Source: Magallana gigas
Taxonomy: Eukaryota
DNA: 64,000 bases
Assembly: GCF_963853765.1 (NCBI RefSeq)
Contig: NC_088857.1
Coordinates: 1,240,001-1,304,000 of the forward strand
Direction: 5' to 3'
A program made the translations under genes and the position numbers. Below are positions 46,828 to 60,206 of this stretch, piece by piece. Position 1 is the first letter of the stretch. The number at the start of each line of letters is the position of its first letter. The notes under the pieces were generated by a model, which worked only from the letters and a program-made list of their open reading frames with translations, did no database searches and was not told the DNA's origin.

Positions 46828-46846
46828 GAGACGGAGGCGTGGGTAA
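46828..46846 (+). promoter_or_regulatory. Polypurine tract
   Basis: GAGACGGAGGCGTGGGTAA immediately before the 3' LTR. Confidence 0.7.
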
Positions 46847-47464
46847 TGTAACATAAATGGTAAATGAAAATGGGTGATGAGTACCGAGAGACACTCTGAA
46901 GTCGCTAACGCCCGATTCTTTGATTGTTCCGAGTATCTCAGATCACGTGATCAAAGGGTATAAATACGAGATGCCGTGAGTCAGCAGTCAGTCGCAGTGT
47001 AGACGCTGAAGTGAATACTTCAAGGTAAGCTTATTGTTCGTAAGTCAATATTGCTCAGCGATTTGCAGAACAATAATACTGGCGTATAGAAGCAACTTGT
47101 CTTCGTGAGCGTTGCTTAGATTCAGCGAGTTGACATTTGTTATCAGTTACGAGGGTGCTTCGTGGGGTTGCTTTGAAGTGACCGACAGAAGCGACGGGTT
47201 GTTTGAAGCGACCGATATAAGCGACGGGTCGCTTGAAGTGACTGATAGAAGCGACGGGGTGTGTCGGAGCGACGCATAGAGTTCGGCTACGGCCCATATA
47301 TTCAAGTATATATAATTAATTGAGTTTTGAATCAATAAAAGCTAGGCAAGCGATAAGGAAAATTATTATATATCTTAAACAATTATCATAAAAATCAAAC
47401 ACCTCAGCAAGGTATCTGAGGGGACCCATTATAAATATTAGCGTGTTTAGGCAGACACGTTACA
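46847..47464 (+). repeat. 3' LTR
   Basis: 618-bp copy of the 5' LTR. Confidence 0.97.
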
Positions 47465-49799
47465 GATACAAAGCATTAAGTTTTCATTCACAATTTTTAT
47501 AGATATTCTAGTCCGAATTTCCTCTATCAGTTTTCAAAATACTACCCAATTTTGATTCAAAATATCAAAAACCTGAATGATGATAATGCTAAAACATTTA
47601 TAGTAATAAACTCAGTATATTGACCTCTCTCTGCTGGCAGAAAATTTATATGAGGTCAATGATCAAAATTTTGAGATATGGTGTCTTTTATCATTTTTAA
47701 GCATTTTTCAATATTTTTGTAGTGTGTGCTATACGGTTATCTAAACGAAAAAGCAAGATAAAACCAACAGAAAATGTGCAAAATTATGTTGACTAACAAA
47801 TAAAATCTTAACTTTTGATATTATAGTACTACCAAGAATATTTCAGTAGAAAACAAAATCTGAAAAATTTATTTATATCTAATGAATGATTATCAACATG
47901 TTGTTATCTTATTAATATTCATATGAATGTCTATCAATTATAGCATTGTATTCATTCGGCTTTAGTTGAGTATGAAACGGAAAAATCAAATGTATACGAA
48001 TTGTGAAACATTAACATGATTAAACGAGAAAATTAGCTATAACTTTTTACTTATTTTTCTTATATGGTATTGCTGGCATATCAGCGTAACGTACGCAGTT
48101 AGTGAAAGCGTTGTATGCGTGTTTTGAGTATTTTTATATTTTAAATATGATGTACATGTATATACTTACATCAAAATTGAATTTTCGCTGTTCTAGACGA
48201 TCTTTTATCATACAGACGATACAGTATCATTGAGATGGAAGAAAAAAACCGTAGGATTGACGACATTAAAGATTAAAATACAGTAAACATTAAAATACCC
48301 GGTAATTTGTGAAACTAGTAATTTGTGAAACTAGTATTTTTAGCAATGCAATTTTGTTTACGTTTGCATTACTTATGATCCGAATAGAAAGCTCTAGACG
48401 TTGCCTGGTTTGATTTTCCGATTATATATTGGGACTATAGTCTGTCGATCCTAAGATATTAATGCAGCACATTTGGACAATTTATAATGGAAAATGTTGA
48501 CATCTTTTCTCCATTTGGAAGTCACTCAGAAGACCTTGCACAATTTTTCAACACTATCATCCGGGTCTGTTGAAATGCAAAACCCCGTAGACTTCTTTAT
48601 TTATAGCAATGTATTTATACCAGCTGATAAGCTAGAGAGGACGTTTTAAAGAAAGAATAATGAGAATGTTTAATGCTTCTGAAAGAGAGTCGCTTGAACC
48701 CTGAGGTATATATAAATATACAGCAAAAAGTGAATCGAGGATATTTTGGGACAGAATATAGTGGTCAATGCATGTACTGTTAATTTTGAGGAAATAAATA
48801 TTCTTGAATAAATAATCTAATATTGCTAATCTTTCAAAAAAAATTAAGAAGGTACATAAAGTATATCGTTTTAGCATGATTAACAAATCTATGAGGTAAA
48901 TAACATTAGATAAGATTTTCCGTTTTCCCTTCCGTTCCGTTTTCCGTTCCGCGTTTTAGCAACACCCATGTATGTATACACGTGAACCCATCTAATCGAA
49001 AAGCTGGGTAAAACTAGTACCCGCAAATGAGACATGCAGACCTGTGTTGTGTACGTAACTTCAGACAAAGATCATTCATTTGTAACATGCATGCATTTTT
49101 ATGACCTATTCTTCAAATCCACTTGCACTATTTTATTAGGTAAATAACAGCTTTAAGGTGGTGCAGGACACCTGCATATTGTGATGTACATGTATTCTTT
49201 CTATTGAGATAAACAATATTAAAGTATATTAAATATTGATTAAATATTTACCCCCCAAATAATGTTACCTAACATTGAAGCGCAATGGGTTAGAGCGTTT
49301 ACATGTCTGTAAGAGCATTGGGGTCAAAGGTGTATTTTTGGTATGGTAATTTTACAATTGATTTAAATGAATTTTCATGCGGAGGGGGGGGGGGTCTGGA
49401 CCCCCCACTCCCACCCTTTCTCTGAATCTGTGCGCACGATGATGTACCTGTAGGCACACAGAAGCAATTCTAAGACCGGCAACCGCCATGCGGAGGGGGC
49501 ATAATTTAATTTTTAATTTTGTTTGTAATAATTATATAGACCATTATACTTTCTATGACATGAAATGTTAAGATTATTGAAAATTACTGAAAATTCACTG
49601 CAAATAGTTCAACCCCAAATTGCACATAAAGTGCTGCTCATGTGTATTGTCATATGGGAAGGGATCTCATCCTTCAGTTATGAAAATTATAATCTTTAAA
49701 TGTATTACCGGAGCTTGCATGTGGCCTTCATTTTTAATTAAACTGGTACAAAACAGTGTTATTTAGGGGCAAACACTTGGTGCGGGTATTACTGTCTAA

Positions 49800-50410
49800 T
49801 GACAGCATCTAGTTTTATTTACGAAGATCGACAAAGGTTTCTACAAATACAAAACAGGAATATCTCATGGCTAAATTGCTTTATATATCTTTAACATAAT
49901 ACAGAGTAATACAAAGTATACCAACGTGAAGAATATTTTCTCACAAAAATTGAATGAATAAGCGCTGGAATTTTAGTTTTGTTTGTAACGTGAAGGGCAT
50001 TGATTGATTCTCATAGAAAAATATCTAAGATTAAGTCTGTCAAATAAATGTGGATTGTATTTCATATAATACAGTGAAGTAGAAAATGCCCAAAACGTCA
50101 ACATTTCATATTGCGATTTATTAGTTGTATTCAAATCGCAGATAACAATTCCATGTCAAAATACAATTTTATGTCCTGTGGTCTATATATGTATATATAT
50201 ATATATATTCAATAGGTGTCAAACTTGTTCAAAATTAAACACGACGAGTAAAACTAGAAAATAACTAATTACCACCGTTTAAAGATCTTAACAAAGTTAC
50301 AAATATAATGTTATCAAATGGGTTTTACAGCCACTAGGACGTCTTCCGTATGACTTCTGATTGGATAAGATTTACATTAGGATTTAAATTGATCCGACCA
50401 TCGAACATCG
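49800..50410 (+). repeat. Old segmental-duplication homology to 12840-14000 (3' flanks of DM9 copies)
   Basis: Collinear blocks ATTTACGAAGA..AAAGGTTT, TCATGGCTAAA, TTGTATTTCATAT, CGCAGATAA...ATGTCAAAATA and GCCAC.AGGA.GTC...ATTGGAT...TTAGGATTTAA.TTGATC.GACC. Confidence 0.7.
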
Positions 50411-53400
50411 ACAGAGAAAACACAGTTTTCTAATATCTAAATATCTTGATTGAAATTTTACTTAGCGGTGGAAGAGTACTTTCAACGAAATTTTGATGTT
50501 TTTTTTAATTTAAAATCAATTCCTTTAAATTAACATCTTATTAGGTCTTTCCACCTTTCATGTGATATACCTTTTGTATTCTTAATGTTTTTTTCTTCTT
50601 AGAATATATCAAAACAACTTTTTCTTTACGTAATAAATGAAAACAAGAAAAAGAAAACGCCAAAACATAACTAGGTAATGTCTGTAGGTTACTATATTCT
50701 TTTGTAGGAATCCTGTAGAATTACAAAGCTTGTCAAATGAATGGTGTATCGGTTTGTTCCTTTTATATTGAGTCCGTCTTACTCTTCAATATCAAGCCAT
50801 ACTTGTCATAATTTCATGAAGCCGCCATGAATGATTTTAAGAAATATTTCGTTGCCCAGGACAGACAAGTGGACCCTTCTCCTTTGAAAAGCTTGGAATG
50901 GTCCAAGATGCCTCGATATTAGTTTACAGAACTCCAAACTTTAAAGAACTCTTTCAGCATGAAGGAATTTATGCGTTTCTATGATCATTTTATGGCCGCT
51001 GCATTGTCGAAATAGCGCTATGTACGTCTGAACAAAATGAGTGACAAGATGAAGTGCATATGTAGAAACTCCTTTTTTGTACTGTAGCAACACTATAACT
51101 GGTATCCAAATTTTCTTAAAATTTTCTTATAATACCGAGGCAACGACCAAAAAAATTTAATTTGGTTTTTGATTATTTTAGTGTCAAAATCGGGAAAGTT
51201 ATGCCTTGTGTGAGTAATAAAACGATTTTAAAAATAAGCGAAGATATTATTTATGTTGAAAACCTCAATTTTCTAAAGATAAATGGTTTGAATTATAGCA
51301 ACACTGCTTCTACTGTCATAGGTGAAGCAAGAATTTTAAAAATCTGTGATATAGTCTGTAAGTTGTTGTTGTTTTTTTTTTTACAATGCAATGGCTTTTC
51401 CTGGTGTTTTTTCGGGAGTAAACAATTTTTTTTTTAGTTTTAATATTTCTTTGGTTTTCTCTTTGTTTTATTCATAACGTGCTCAACAAAATTCTCACAC
51501 ATTTATTATAAAATGTGAATAAAATTTTTAAGGTTATCTGAGTCATTGAGGTGACCTATAGCAATAACTTTTGTCTGTTGTCGTATTTCGTGCATAGTGT
51601 GTCCTGATTTAGCAATTGAACTTTTTCAATTTCTTAAAAACTACATGTACATGGTCAATGCTTTTTATACGGTATGGTATATCTTTGTGGAAAGAGGAAT
51701 AGATAATACACGTGAATTTTGTCTAACAGAGGGTTCAGGATGCAGTACCAAAAACAAATGCGAGATAATGTGTAGACCTTTTGTTTATCATACTGTTCTA
51801 TATTATCTTTTGTGATATAAAACTCCTACATAAATCCTGCACAAGAATCAATGTCATCGGATATATAAGTCAAACAATATTATTTTACTAATCGAATATT
51901 TCGGGACTTTTGTGCAGTTAAATCAATGTCTGGAGCATTTTGCGGTATATTATTCAATGTTTGCAATAAAACATTTGTACAAAATATGTTTTCCTGCTTT
52001 ATGCTGTCAAATTTTAATGATCTTTAAAATATAAGGTTAATCTTATTCAAACAGATGATAAAATATATACCTCATTTTTTTCTTTATGTATGATTTTTTT
52101 TTAAAATAAAAAGAATACCAAGAAATGCCTTTACTGATGACAGTGTCTTTGTAATTCATTAAAAGTTTCACATATAACAATAGACAATGCTTAACATTTT
52201 ATGAAACATCAAGCGATTTTATTTACGAAACAATTTCTTGTATAGATATGTGAGATTGTCATACATATATATTTTTTGACAAATGAATAAAAAGTCAGGT
52301 TCAGAAAATAGTAATCATTCGAAGCTCAAATCATTGACTCTTTCTACTTTATTATTATAAAAAAAAACAAGCACGGAAAAATTATAACATCTTTATGTGT
52401 TCACACAAATGGTAAATTTGTAATATTAAAATGATTTGTGAATAAAGAGGTAAAGATGTTTTTTGTTTTTGTATTATTATTATTAAGCTTTTTTTATTTA
52501 AAACGTAATGGGAATAGAAAGATCAATTTCAGGCAGATATCAGACTACAATTCTTTCAAAACACATTTCATAAAAGGTGTTCTTTACTTATTGTAAAATT
52601 CGTGCAAGATGAAAACATACATGTACCAGTCACAATGAAAATTCATTTCAAAAAGTACCATCTCATCTGAATTCTTCTGTGTAAAACTTTGTATTTTCAT
52701 TAGTCCACAAGCATTAAAACACGGAAACGACTTTGCAATTAATATAAGGTGTTGAAGTATATAAATTATTTTCTGCCTATTTCTGGTCTATTTTTATTGC
52801 TCAGGACAAGCGAGGTAATTCTAAGTTTGATCATTGAAGTTTTGAACAGTTTCAGTAAACTGGTATTGATACCAGCGCCATATGGAATACTAAAATGGGG
52901 GGTAGTAGGGGTGCACGTCAAACAACACCTTCCCACTTATCCTTATTTATAAGTAATGTTTGTGTGATAAAGAAGTTTATGTTAAATTTTAGATAGGCAA
53001 TTAGCATTTAAAATCATAAAATACATGTGTACCTTTCCTCAACTTTCATGCATATAGTTTATACAGTATTGTTTGAATTGTTTAATTAATGGTTATTTAT
53101 CAGTGCAAGTTTTAGAACATTGAATCAGTGTTTTTGTTGTTCCATCATATATGTGTGGTATACATCAAAGAGAGTAGCCCTTATTGTGGGTTATGCAAAA
53201 AGATGGACAAGAACATATTTTAGTGTTTAAGAAATGGGTTGGTCCAAAAAAGTATATTAAAGTTTCCTCACAAATGATTTTGATTTAACTGGAAATCTGA
53301 TAAAGCAATGTCAATATAATTATGTACGTGGCAAACAGGAGGCTAGACATGGGCGTTGATATGTGATGAATTTATGCTTTGATCGAAAGAAATCACCAGA

Positions 53401-53559
53401 GTACATATTTAAACTGATGTATCAACATAAAAGTAAGAAAGATAGGAAACAAGGCACCATTAAATGTGGTTCCAACAAATGTTTAATGGAAGCCTGGGCC
53501 TTGATTATATATAAATAAGATTTTGTTGAATCATTAAGAGTTTTGGTTGTTAAAAACCC

Positions 53560-53785
53560 AGGAATCCCACAGCGTTGGTTGGATATACGAGAAAGTTTTG
53601 ACGATAATTCCCTTGCCACTATATGGAATGTAGGCTCTTTTGTGTTCTGGAATCAATTGTTTGGAGGTCCAAGGGCCTTCCTACTTTGCCCGGGCAATAA
53701 TTAGAGGATGTTCGCTTTCCTCGTAACTGACACGTATGGCATTATCCGGAATATTACTTCCAGATGTTGATACTCACATTGCCAC
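53560..53785 (-). pseudogene. DM9 lectin pseudogene (not in the ORF track)
   Basis: The reverse strand reads V(GTG)AM*VSTSGSNIPDNAIRVSYEESEHPLIIARAK*EGPWTSK, aligning to MAVWVSISGSHIPENAIRAGYEENGNPLFIARAKKEGTWTPGK. Homology continues to about GFL at 53560, then fades. Confidence 0.88.
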
Positions 53786-54599
53786 TCTATTTGTCTGTAA
53801 TAAATAATTATCGATTGTTATTATCCTTTCATTTGAAGCTTTAGAAAAAAACATTTTTTAAGGAGAGAAAAACATACAGTAAATCTTGTGTAAAAGTACA
53901 GTGTAACTAGAGAATGAAATTGTGCTTAATGGTTAGTCGTGTTGCTGACGGAATGCAAAAATGACTGTGTACCACATGACTGGAGGCATTTGACCACGCT
54001 TTATTTATTCAGCCTATTTTGTTGAATTCCTATTCTATTTTCTTTGTTGAATTTCTTTATGTTTTGTAATGTTTGCAAGTTTAGCCGGGGCTAATTTTTT
54101 CTGCCCTAGATTTTTGAATGAAATTTTTTACAAGAATTTCTAGTGATATAATAATTATTTTAAGATAAAAAAAAAGAAGACATTTAACACACCGTTTGTT
54201 TAAGGGGTCATCTCAAAGTTTGTTAATTTTTAACATAGGACCCTATGGGATTTTGCTTAAAATGTACCAAATTTGCACATTTTTTAAACTTCTGCCCTAG
54301 GGATTTCTTTTTTTGTTCTACATATTAAAGTTATTGCTAAAAGGTATCAAATTGTCAAATAAAAAAAACCTTTTACCTCCTGGTTTGTTCCAGGGGTCTT
54401 ATCAAAGTTATTTTTTGTACGCCCAATTTCCAAGTTTGTCAGATAATTGCTATTTTTTATTCGACAAAGACGGAAATGGTGATCTTTATTGTGTTATTAA
54501 AACATTACGACATATTTAAGTAATAAATCAATATATAACATCACATATTAAGGGTAATTAATATAAAATACATTGTTAATGTCTTGAAATAAATGAATG

Positions 54600-54700
54600 A
54601 AGCGATATTTAGGCGGGTTAAGAAAACGTGACAGAGGGTTAGGCTTGCTGAACCCTCTTCACGTTTTCGACCCGAGCCCAAAAATAGCTTATACTTCGAG
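54600..54700. repeat. Central-hairpin element (long imperfect palindrome)
   Basis: GAAAACGTGACAGAGGGTT-AGGCTTGCTG-AACCCTCTTCACGTTTTC with further outer pairing. Confidence 0.65.
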
Positions 54701-55190
54701 ATATTTATGTTTATTCCACAATATAATATCAATTTTACACATCAAACGAGCTATTTTCAACAAATTTCGCGGAATATCTGTAGTTGAAACTATCACGCCA
54801 TGGCGTCAACAAAGCAAAAAGATGACGTCACAATACAAATGAAACGCTGCGCGAAAGCGTGCGTACTCGTTCTGTACTCGGCCTCGTTAATATAGTGTTG
54901 TTCTTAATTTGTCATTTATATCTTTTTTTTCTCAGCTAAATAACTCTCAAAATAAGTAAACGTAATTGTCGTTATCTTATTGTATAACCAAAAGAGGTAT
55001 ATCACATGACACTTTTTTACCACTATTTCGCATACACTTGAGTTTGAACGAAAAGAAACTTTTTTTTACTTAAAAATATGTCAAAGTTCATACATTTATA
55101 AAGCTTATAAACTGGTTTGTCATTAATTCGGAAAACCTTCATCTTCATTTTATTATGTTATAAGTGGAAAAAAAAAGCACAAAATTTTTA

Positions 55191-55253
55191 TGCTTGGGGA
55201 AATCGATCCAGCGACGCAAAAATCAAACCCACGGTTACCATTAGGCCACGCAT
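55191..55253 (-). repeat. Degenerate tRNA-derived (A/B-box) repeat head; paralogous copy at 61057-61123
   Basis: Minus strand TGGCCTAATGG (A box; TGGCCTAGTGG in the paralog) and GGATCGATT (B-box-like). No complete cloverleaf. Confidence 0.45.
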
Positions 55254-56713
55254 ACATTTAATTATTAAGATGACTTTTTAATACCTGTGGCTATATACAT
55301 GGATGTTTAAGAAAAGTCACTGTTGAAATAGTTGTCTAGATACCAAGTTATATCAAATTCAAATCAATGTACATGCACATTGATACCCGTACAACATAAT
55401 TTTAATCCGATTGTTTTGGTTTAAAGAGGTTCCAATGTTCAAATATCTAACTGTTTTTGCTTATTAACTATTTTCCGATATATTTCCAACAAAACCTTAA
55501 CACTTTATTAATATAGTGTAGAATATCTAGGACTCATTTAAGTTGTTGATAGTGTAATTTATGTTATTGTTTTTTAAATAAATTCAAATAAATATTGTGT
55601 CAAATTTAAAAGGTCTCATTTTTTGCAAAAGCGCTACAATGTTTGCGAAATTGTATAATAAGTGCGTTATACCCTTTTCTGCATTGATTATTTTTAATCA
55701 GAACAGCATAGTGTGTCCTGCTTTAGCAGTTAAACATTTTTAATTTCTTGAAAACTAAATGTACATTGTCAATTCTGTTTATATGGTATTGTGTATCTTT
55801 GTGGAAAGGTGGTCCAGGATGCAGGACAAAAACATGCAAGATAAGATGTTGACCTTTTGTTTATCATACTGTTTGTTATTATCTTTTGTAATAAAACCCC
55901 TTAACAAATCTTGCACAAAAATCAATGTCTTCAGATATGTATAAGTTAAACAAGCATTATCTTTCTAATCGAAGATTTAGGGACTTTTGTGCAGTTAAAT
56001 AACAAATGTTTGGAGCATAATGTGTTATATTCTTCAAAGTTTGCAATATAACATTTGTACAAATTAAGTTTTCTTATTTTATAAACGGTCAAATTTTAAT
56101 CATCTTAAAACTATGAGTTTTATCAAATTTAAACAGATGATGAAATATAAAACTCACCCGGTGAGTTCTCTTTTTTTGAAAAAGAAAAAAGAAAACCAAG
56201 GATTGCCTTAAATGATGACAGTGTCTTTGTGATTCATTAAAAGTTTCATATATAACAATAGACAATGCTTAACGTTTAATGATATATCAAGCGATCTGAT
56301 TTTCGAAACCATTCCCTGTATAGCCTTGTTAGATTGTTTTACATATATACGATTTTTTTCACAACTCCCATATTCCTGAATTCATTTCATTTAAAAACTA
56401 AATAAGTGCACCAATATTCATCAAGGTGGCTTACCCATAGTTAAGAAATCTGCAAAATAAATAAAAGCCATCTTACTGCTTTAAAAAACCTAAACAAGCA
56501 CCAACTTCAGACAACGATAGCTAATTGCCAACATATTTCTTGCTAGAGAAGAAAATTTATCCACGCACAGGTTCAAAAACATTAACATTTTAAAAGCATT
56601 CGGCGTTCGGTTCACTATAAATAGGGGATATATCGTGTGAAATTTACCTCTTATTAGCCAACTATTACGACTGACAACTTAAGCCCTTGTGTGTTCTGTT
56701 TCAAAGATACCTG

Positions 56714-58473
56714 CAGGCATGTCCACGAAGCTATCTTAGGACTATTTTATATCCTAAGTACATCTTAGGATACGTCTTAGTCTTAAAGGGGCATGGTCAC
56801 GTTTTTGGTCAAAAATCATTTTTTGATTTTAATGTTTACAATGCCCCAGTAAGGCTTTTTTAATAGGCAAGCAAAATTTGAGAGTCATTTGTTGAGTTAT
56901 AAGCGAGTTACAGAGCTTACGATTCTTCGCTATGTAAACAAATCTTTTGTTTACATTTTGAGTATTGAAGTGAAAATTCCCGTTTTAAACCTAAAATGAA
57001 TGTTTTAATGGTTAGGAACTGTTTATTTATGTTTAAAATGAATAAAAAGATAGACAAATCAGCTTGAGAAAAACTTTTTACTAGTATATTGAACCTATGT
57101 AAAAAAAAAAAATACAGGACACGAGCCTTGTTTACATGACGAAGAATTGTAAGCCCTGTATCTTGCTTAAAACTCATTGACTGGCACCCTTTCATTTGAT
57201 TATTAGAAATGCATTTCTAAAGCATTTTAGATAATAAAAACAGAAAAATAAAATTTGACCAAAATCGTGACCATGCCCCTTTAAGTCTGTTTCTCGAAGC
57301 TATCCTAAATTTAGGAACCGCCATAACTTTGCCCTAACTTTAGGACATAACTTACCTTGTCCTAGGACCATCCTAAGGCTGTAAAATCAAATTTTTGGGA
57401 ATATTGGGACTGTTGTAAAGATTTTTTGAAGACCGGCAGAATAAAGCAATATTTTTTAAAGTTCCAGCATATCCGAAAAAACTCAAACTCCCAATCCGGG
57501 AGAAGGGGGGGGGGGGCTAAGTCATTTAGTCTATCATGTATGCTCATTTTAACAAAATTATGTGGAGAGAGACCCCAAACTCTCATCCCCCTTCCCGTTG
57601 CTAAATGCCTGCCTTTAAGCAATTTATTTTAACGCATGCGCAAATACTGTCTCTGTATTCTTAACATCTACAATGTACACTACGTGAGATACATTTTTTG
57701 TTTTGATTCTTTTGTTAATTTTTCAAATATCCTTGCCTAAAAAGTAAATTTACATCGGCTAATTTTTATCACTTCATTCAGAAAAAAAAATCTGAAAAAT
57801 TTCGTTGAAATGTTGAAAACACTGAATTTATGTCTTTTGGAGATATATTATGACTTATTTCTTATTTAATATGTTCGTGTATTCTATTTTTTGCAGATTA
57901 AAGGGAAAATGGTTGTGTTTGTACATGTGTTTATTCTACATGTAACGTTAAATTCTAAGACAAGCGCGTATTTATGTATTACATGTACTTGAATGACATG
58001 ATTATCAAATGTTGATTTACACTCAACGAATGCACAGGTGTTGTTTAAATAATTACTTGCTTTGTAAGCTATTTCTGTCCGGATACATATTTTCTTTTTT
58101 TTTGTTTTTTTTTTACTAAATTGTTATTAGACACTGATATATATATATTTAAGTATTTGTAAATTTTTAAAAATGTATACATTAAACTTACTGGTTTTAG
58201 ACATATTGTTTTAACTACCGACACTTACACTTTTCTATGGCAAACTGGTTAATGATTTATCTCCACAAAAGTCTCTCAAAATCGATCTATATAAATAAAA
58301 ATGTAAAGTAAGAAGGTTAGGATATCCTAACATAAGATGTTCCTATGTTACCGTCGAGCTACATTTCAAGACGTGTTCTAAGTTGATCTTAGGACGTTCC
58401 TAACTTTTTTCCTAAGTCATATCTTAGGAACACACTTAGGTCATATCTTAGGAAAGTTTCGTGAACATGCCTG
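56714..58473. mobile_element. Non-autonomous DNA transposon with CAGGCATGT(C/T)CACGAA TIRs and 3-bp CTG TSD (PIF/Harbinger-like)
   Basis: CTG at 56711-56713 and 58474-58476. The paralogous empty site AAAGAAACCTGATATT near 63362-63377 has a single CTG. Confidence 0.85.
56787..57280. mobile_element. Kolobok-type MITE (TTAA TSD) nested in the CTG element
   Basis: TTAA-AGGGGCATGGTCACG...CGTGACCATGCCCCT-TTAA. Confidence 0.85.
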
Positions 58474-59774
58474 CTGATATTTATCGGCTCATAAATTTGA
58501 TTTGTCATCGCAAATGATTCTAGGAATAAAATTGAAAAAAAAATGCCTTAGTGTCAATTTATTGAAATTTTTCTGTGAATAAAGTTGCTGCAGCTATATT
58601 CAACATTGTTCAGCTATACTGTGAGCGAAAAAAAACCCGTTAACCTGAATAATGAAAAGTTGAGAAATTATATGATAAATATAATAAATTTTGTTTAAAC
58701 AGATAATCATTACCTACCTTAACTAAAACCTGTGTTTTTATTAGCATTTATATGGTTAAACCTATCATTTTAAAAGTTTGATAGGTTTTTTTTGTAAGTT
58801 TTGCATGGCGTATTGTGTCCAGTTTTAGAGTTCGTAAGGAAGTGTAATATGTTTTAATTAATTTTTATTAAATGATCACGTATTGATGATTTTTTAAAAG
58901 TGAAGAAAAACTTCTTTCTAACAATATTCTGAAATAAAAAGGGAATTCTATATAAATTGTCCTTTACATTGCTACGTTTTGTAAGCCATGTACAATGCTT
59001 TAGGAAATGAGAGTGAAAGATGTGCCTCAATTGTACTATGTACGGTGCATATCCAAAAATTTGACAAGAGTACTATTTGCTTCTATCTTTCGTCGGTTTT
59101 TAGAATGATGAAACTAGCACATTCCTTTTATTGGGATGTGTTTTTTCTCTATGTAGATTGCAAGAAGGTGATGATGAACTTCTGGGACGCATTTATATTA
59201 TACGCCTCAGACACTTTACCTAGTGTAATCGACTTTTAGGATATACAAGCTATGATACGTTTAAATTATGTATGACAGTGAAAACACACGCATGCTTTTT
59301 GTTTTCTTACGTTACACATAAGCTGTAAGTTATTTATTTTTCTCCCAGGACAGAAATACCTTTTCTAAAAGCAATATATCTTGTGACATTAAATGTTTTA
59401 TCAAAATTTGATTGTTACAAGCGAAATACAAATGTAACAAATATTTATAAGGTTTACAAAGTTCGAGAAAAAAAGCTCTATGTATATAATGTGTTATTTT
59501 TAATTTAATAGGCCGTATACAAACACTTTTAACTTTTTCAATATTTTCAATGATATAATTTACAAACACTTAAAGAAAACTTTTAACCTTTTTCATTTAC
59601 AGCGTAATGTTTTTTCTTCGCACAATGATATGCAAAAGAATCTGAAACTTTAGCCATTTTTATTTTGTATATCAAATGTATTGATATTGATGTCTGCTTT
59701 TTTATTTGGAAGAGCATTACTTATGTAATTAAGATAGTTCTTTTCCTTAAACAATTCCTTTTGATCTCTCCAAG

Positions 59775-60206
59775 CTACTTGATTTGACAGAGGACTTCGT
59801 ATTCTTTTGTGGTGTGCTCTTTCAGCCCGTATCCAATGTAAGCAACCTTATAGCGAGTGCTAATTTTACCCGGAATCAGACCTCCGGCGTGATTAGCCCG
59901 TCCCACGTACAGATCTTTGTCTGTTTTGAAGGCGTTGTCGGGGACGTTTCCGCCAGATGCTTGCTTCCAATCTAAGAATCCCAGGGCGTTAATCGGATAT
60001 ACGAGAACCTCGTAATCTTTAATGATGAATTCCTTGCCGTTGTAAGGGATATAAGCTCCTTCAAGGTGAGATCCGCATTTTCCGGGGGTCCATGTGCCTT
60101 CCTTCTTTGCCCGGGCAATAAACAGAGGATTTCCGTTCTCCTCGTATCCGGCACGTATGGCATTTTCCGGAATATGACTTCCGGATATTGATACCCACAC
60201 TGCCAT
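59775..60206 (-). CDS. DM9-repeat lectin, CGL1/DM9CP-like, 143 aa, intact single coding exon
   Basis: Two DM9 repeats; PGKCGSHLEGA and EVLVYPINALGFLDW.QAS.G.VP closely resemble oyster CGL1. AATAAA on the minus strand at 59701-59706. The 3' UTR is homologous to that of the 17.4-kb copy. Confidence 0.95.
   Translation of the reverse strand: MAVWVSISGSHIPENAIRAGYEENGNPLFIARAKKEGTWTPGKCGSHLEGAYIPYNGKEFIIKDYEVLVYPINALGFLDWKQASGGNVPDNAFKTDKDLYVGRANHAGGLIPGKISTRYKVAYIGYGLKEHTTKEYEVLCQIK

Larger units (their letters stand above)
40184..47464 (+). mobile_element. Complete Ty3/Gypsy LTR retrotransposon, 7281 bp, with an accessory zinc-finger ORF
   Basis: TG...CA LTRs of 618 bp. 4-bp TSD GATA (40180-40183 and 47465-47468). 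PBS, PPT and intact gag-pol in PR-RT-RH-IN order. Confidence 0.97.
53560..59250 (-). repeat. Tandem duplication unit homologous to 59950-64000 (DM9 gene + intron + promoter), period ~6.4 kb at the ATG
   Basis: Collinear matches 53910/60370, 54930/60595, 55190/61060, 55610/61850, 56345/62990, 56700/63360, 58480/63375, 58980/63810. Confidence 0.85.

Noticed and set aside
50860-50900. Possible fourth DM9 remnant (TTGCCCAGGAC…CCTTCTCCT)
   Set aside because: The similarity is too short and does not extend in either direction.
55191-55253. tRNA gene (also 61057-61123, ~35790-35915, ~49280-49310)
   Set aside because: Only degenerate A/B boxes and no full cloverleaf; repeat-derived.
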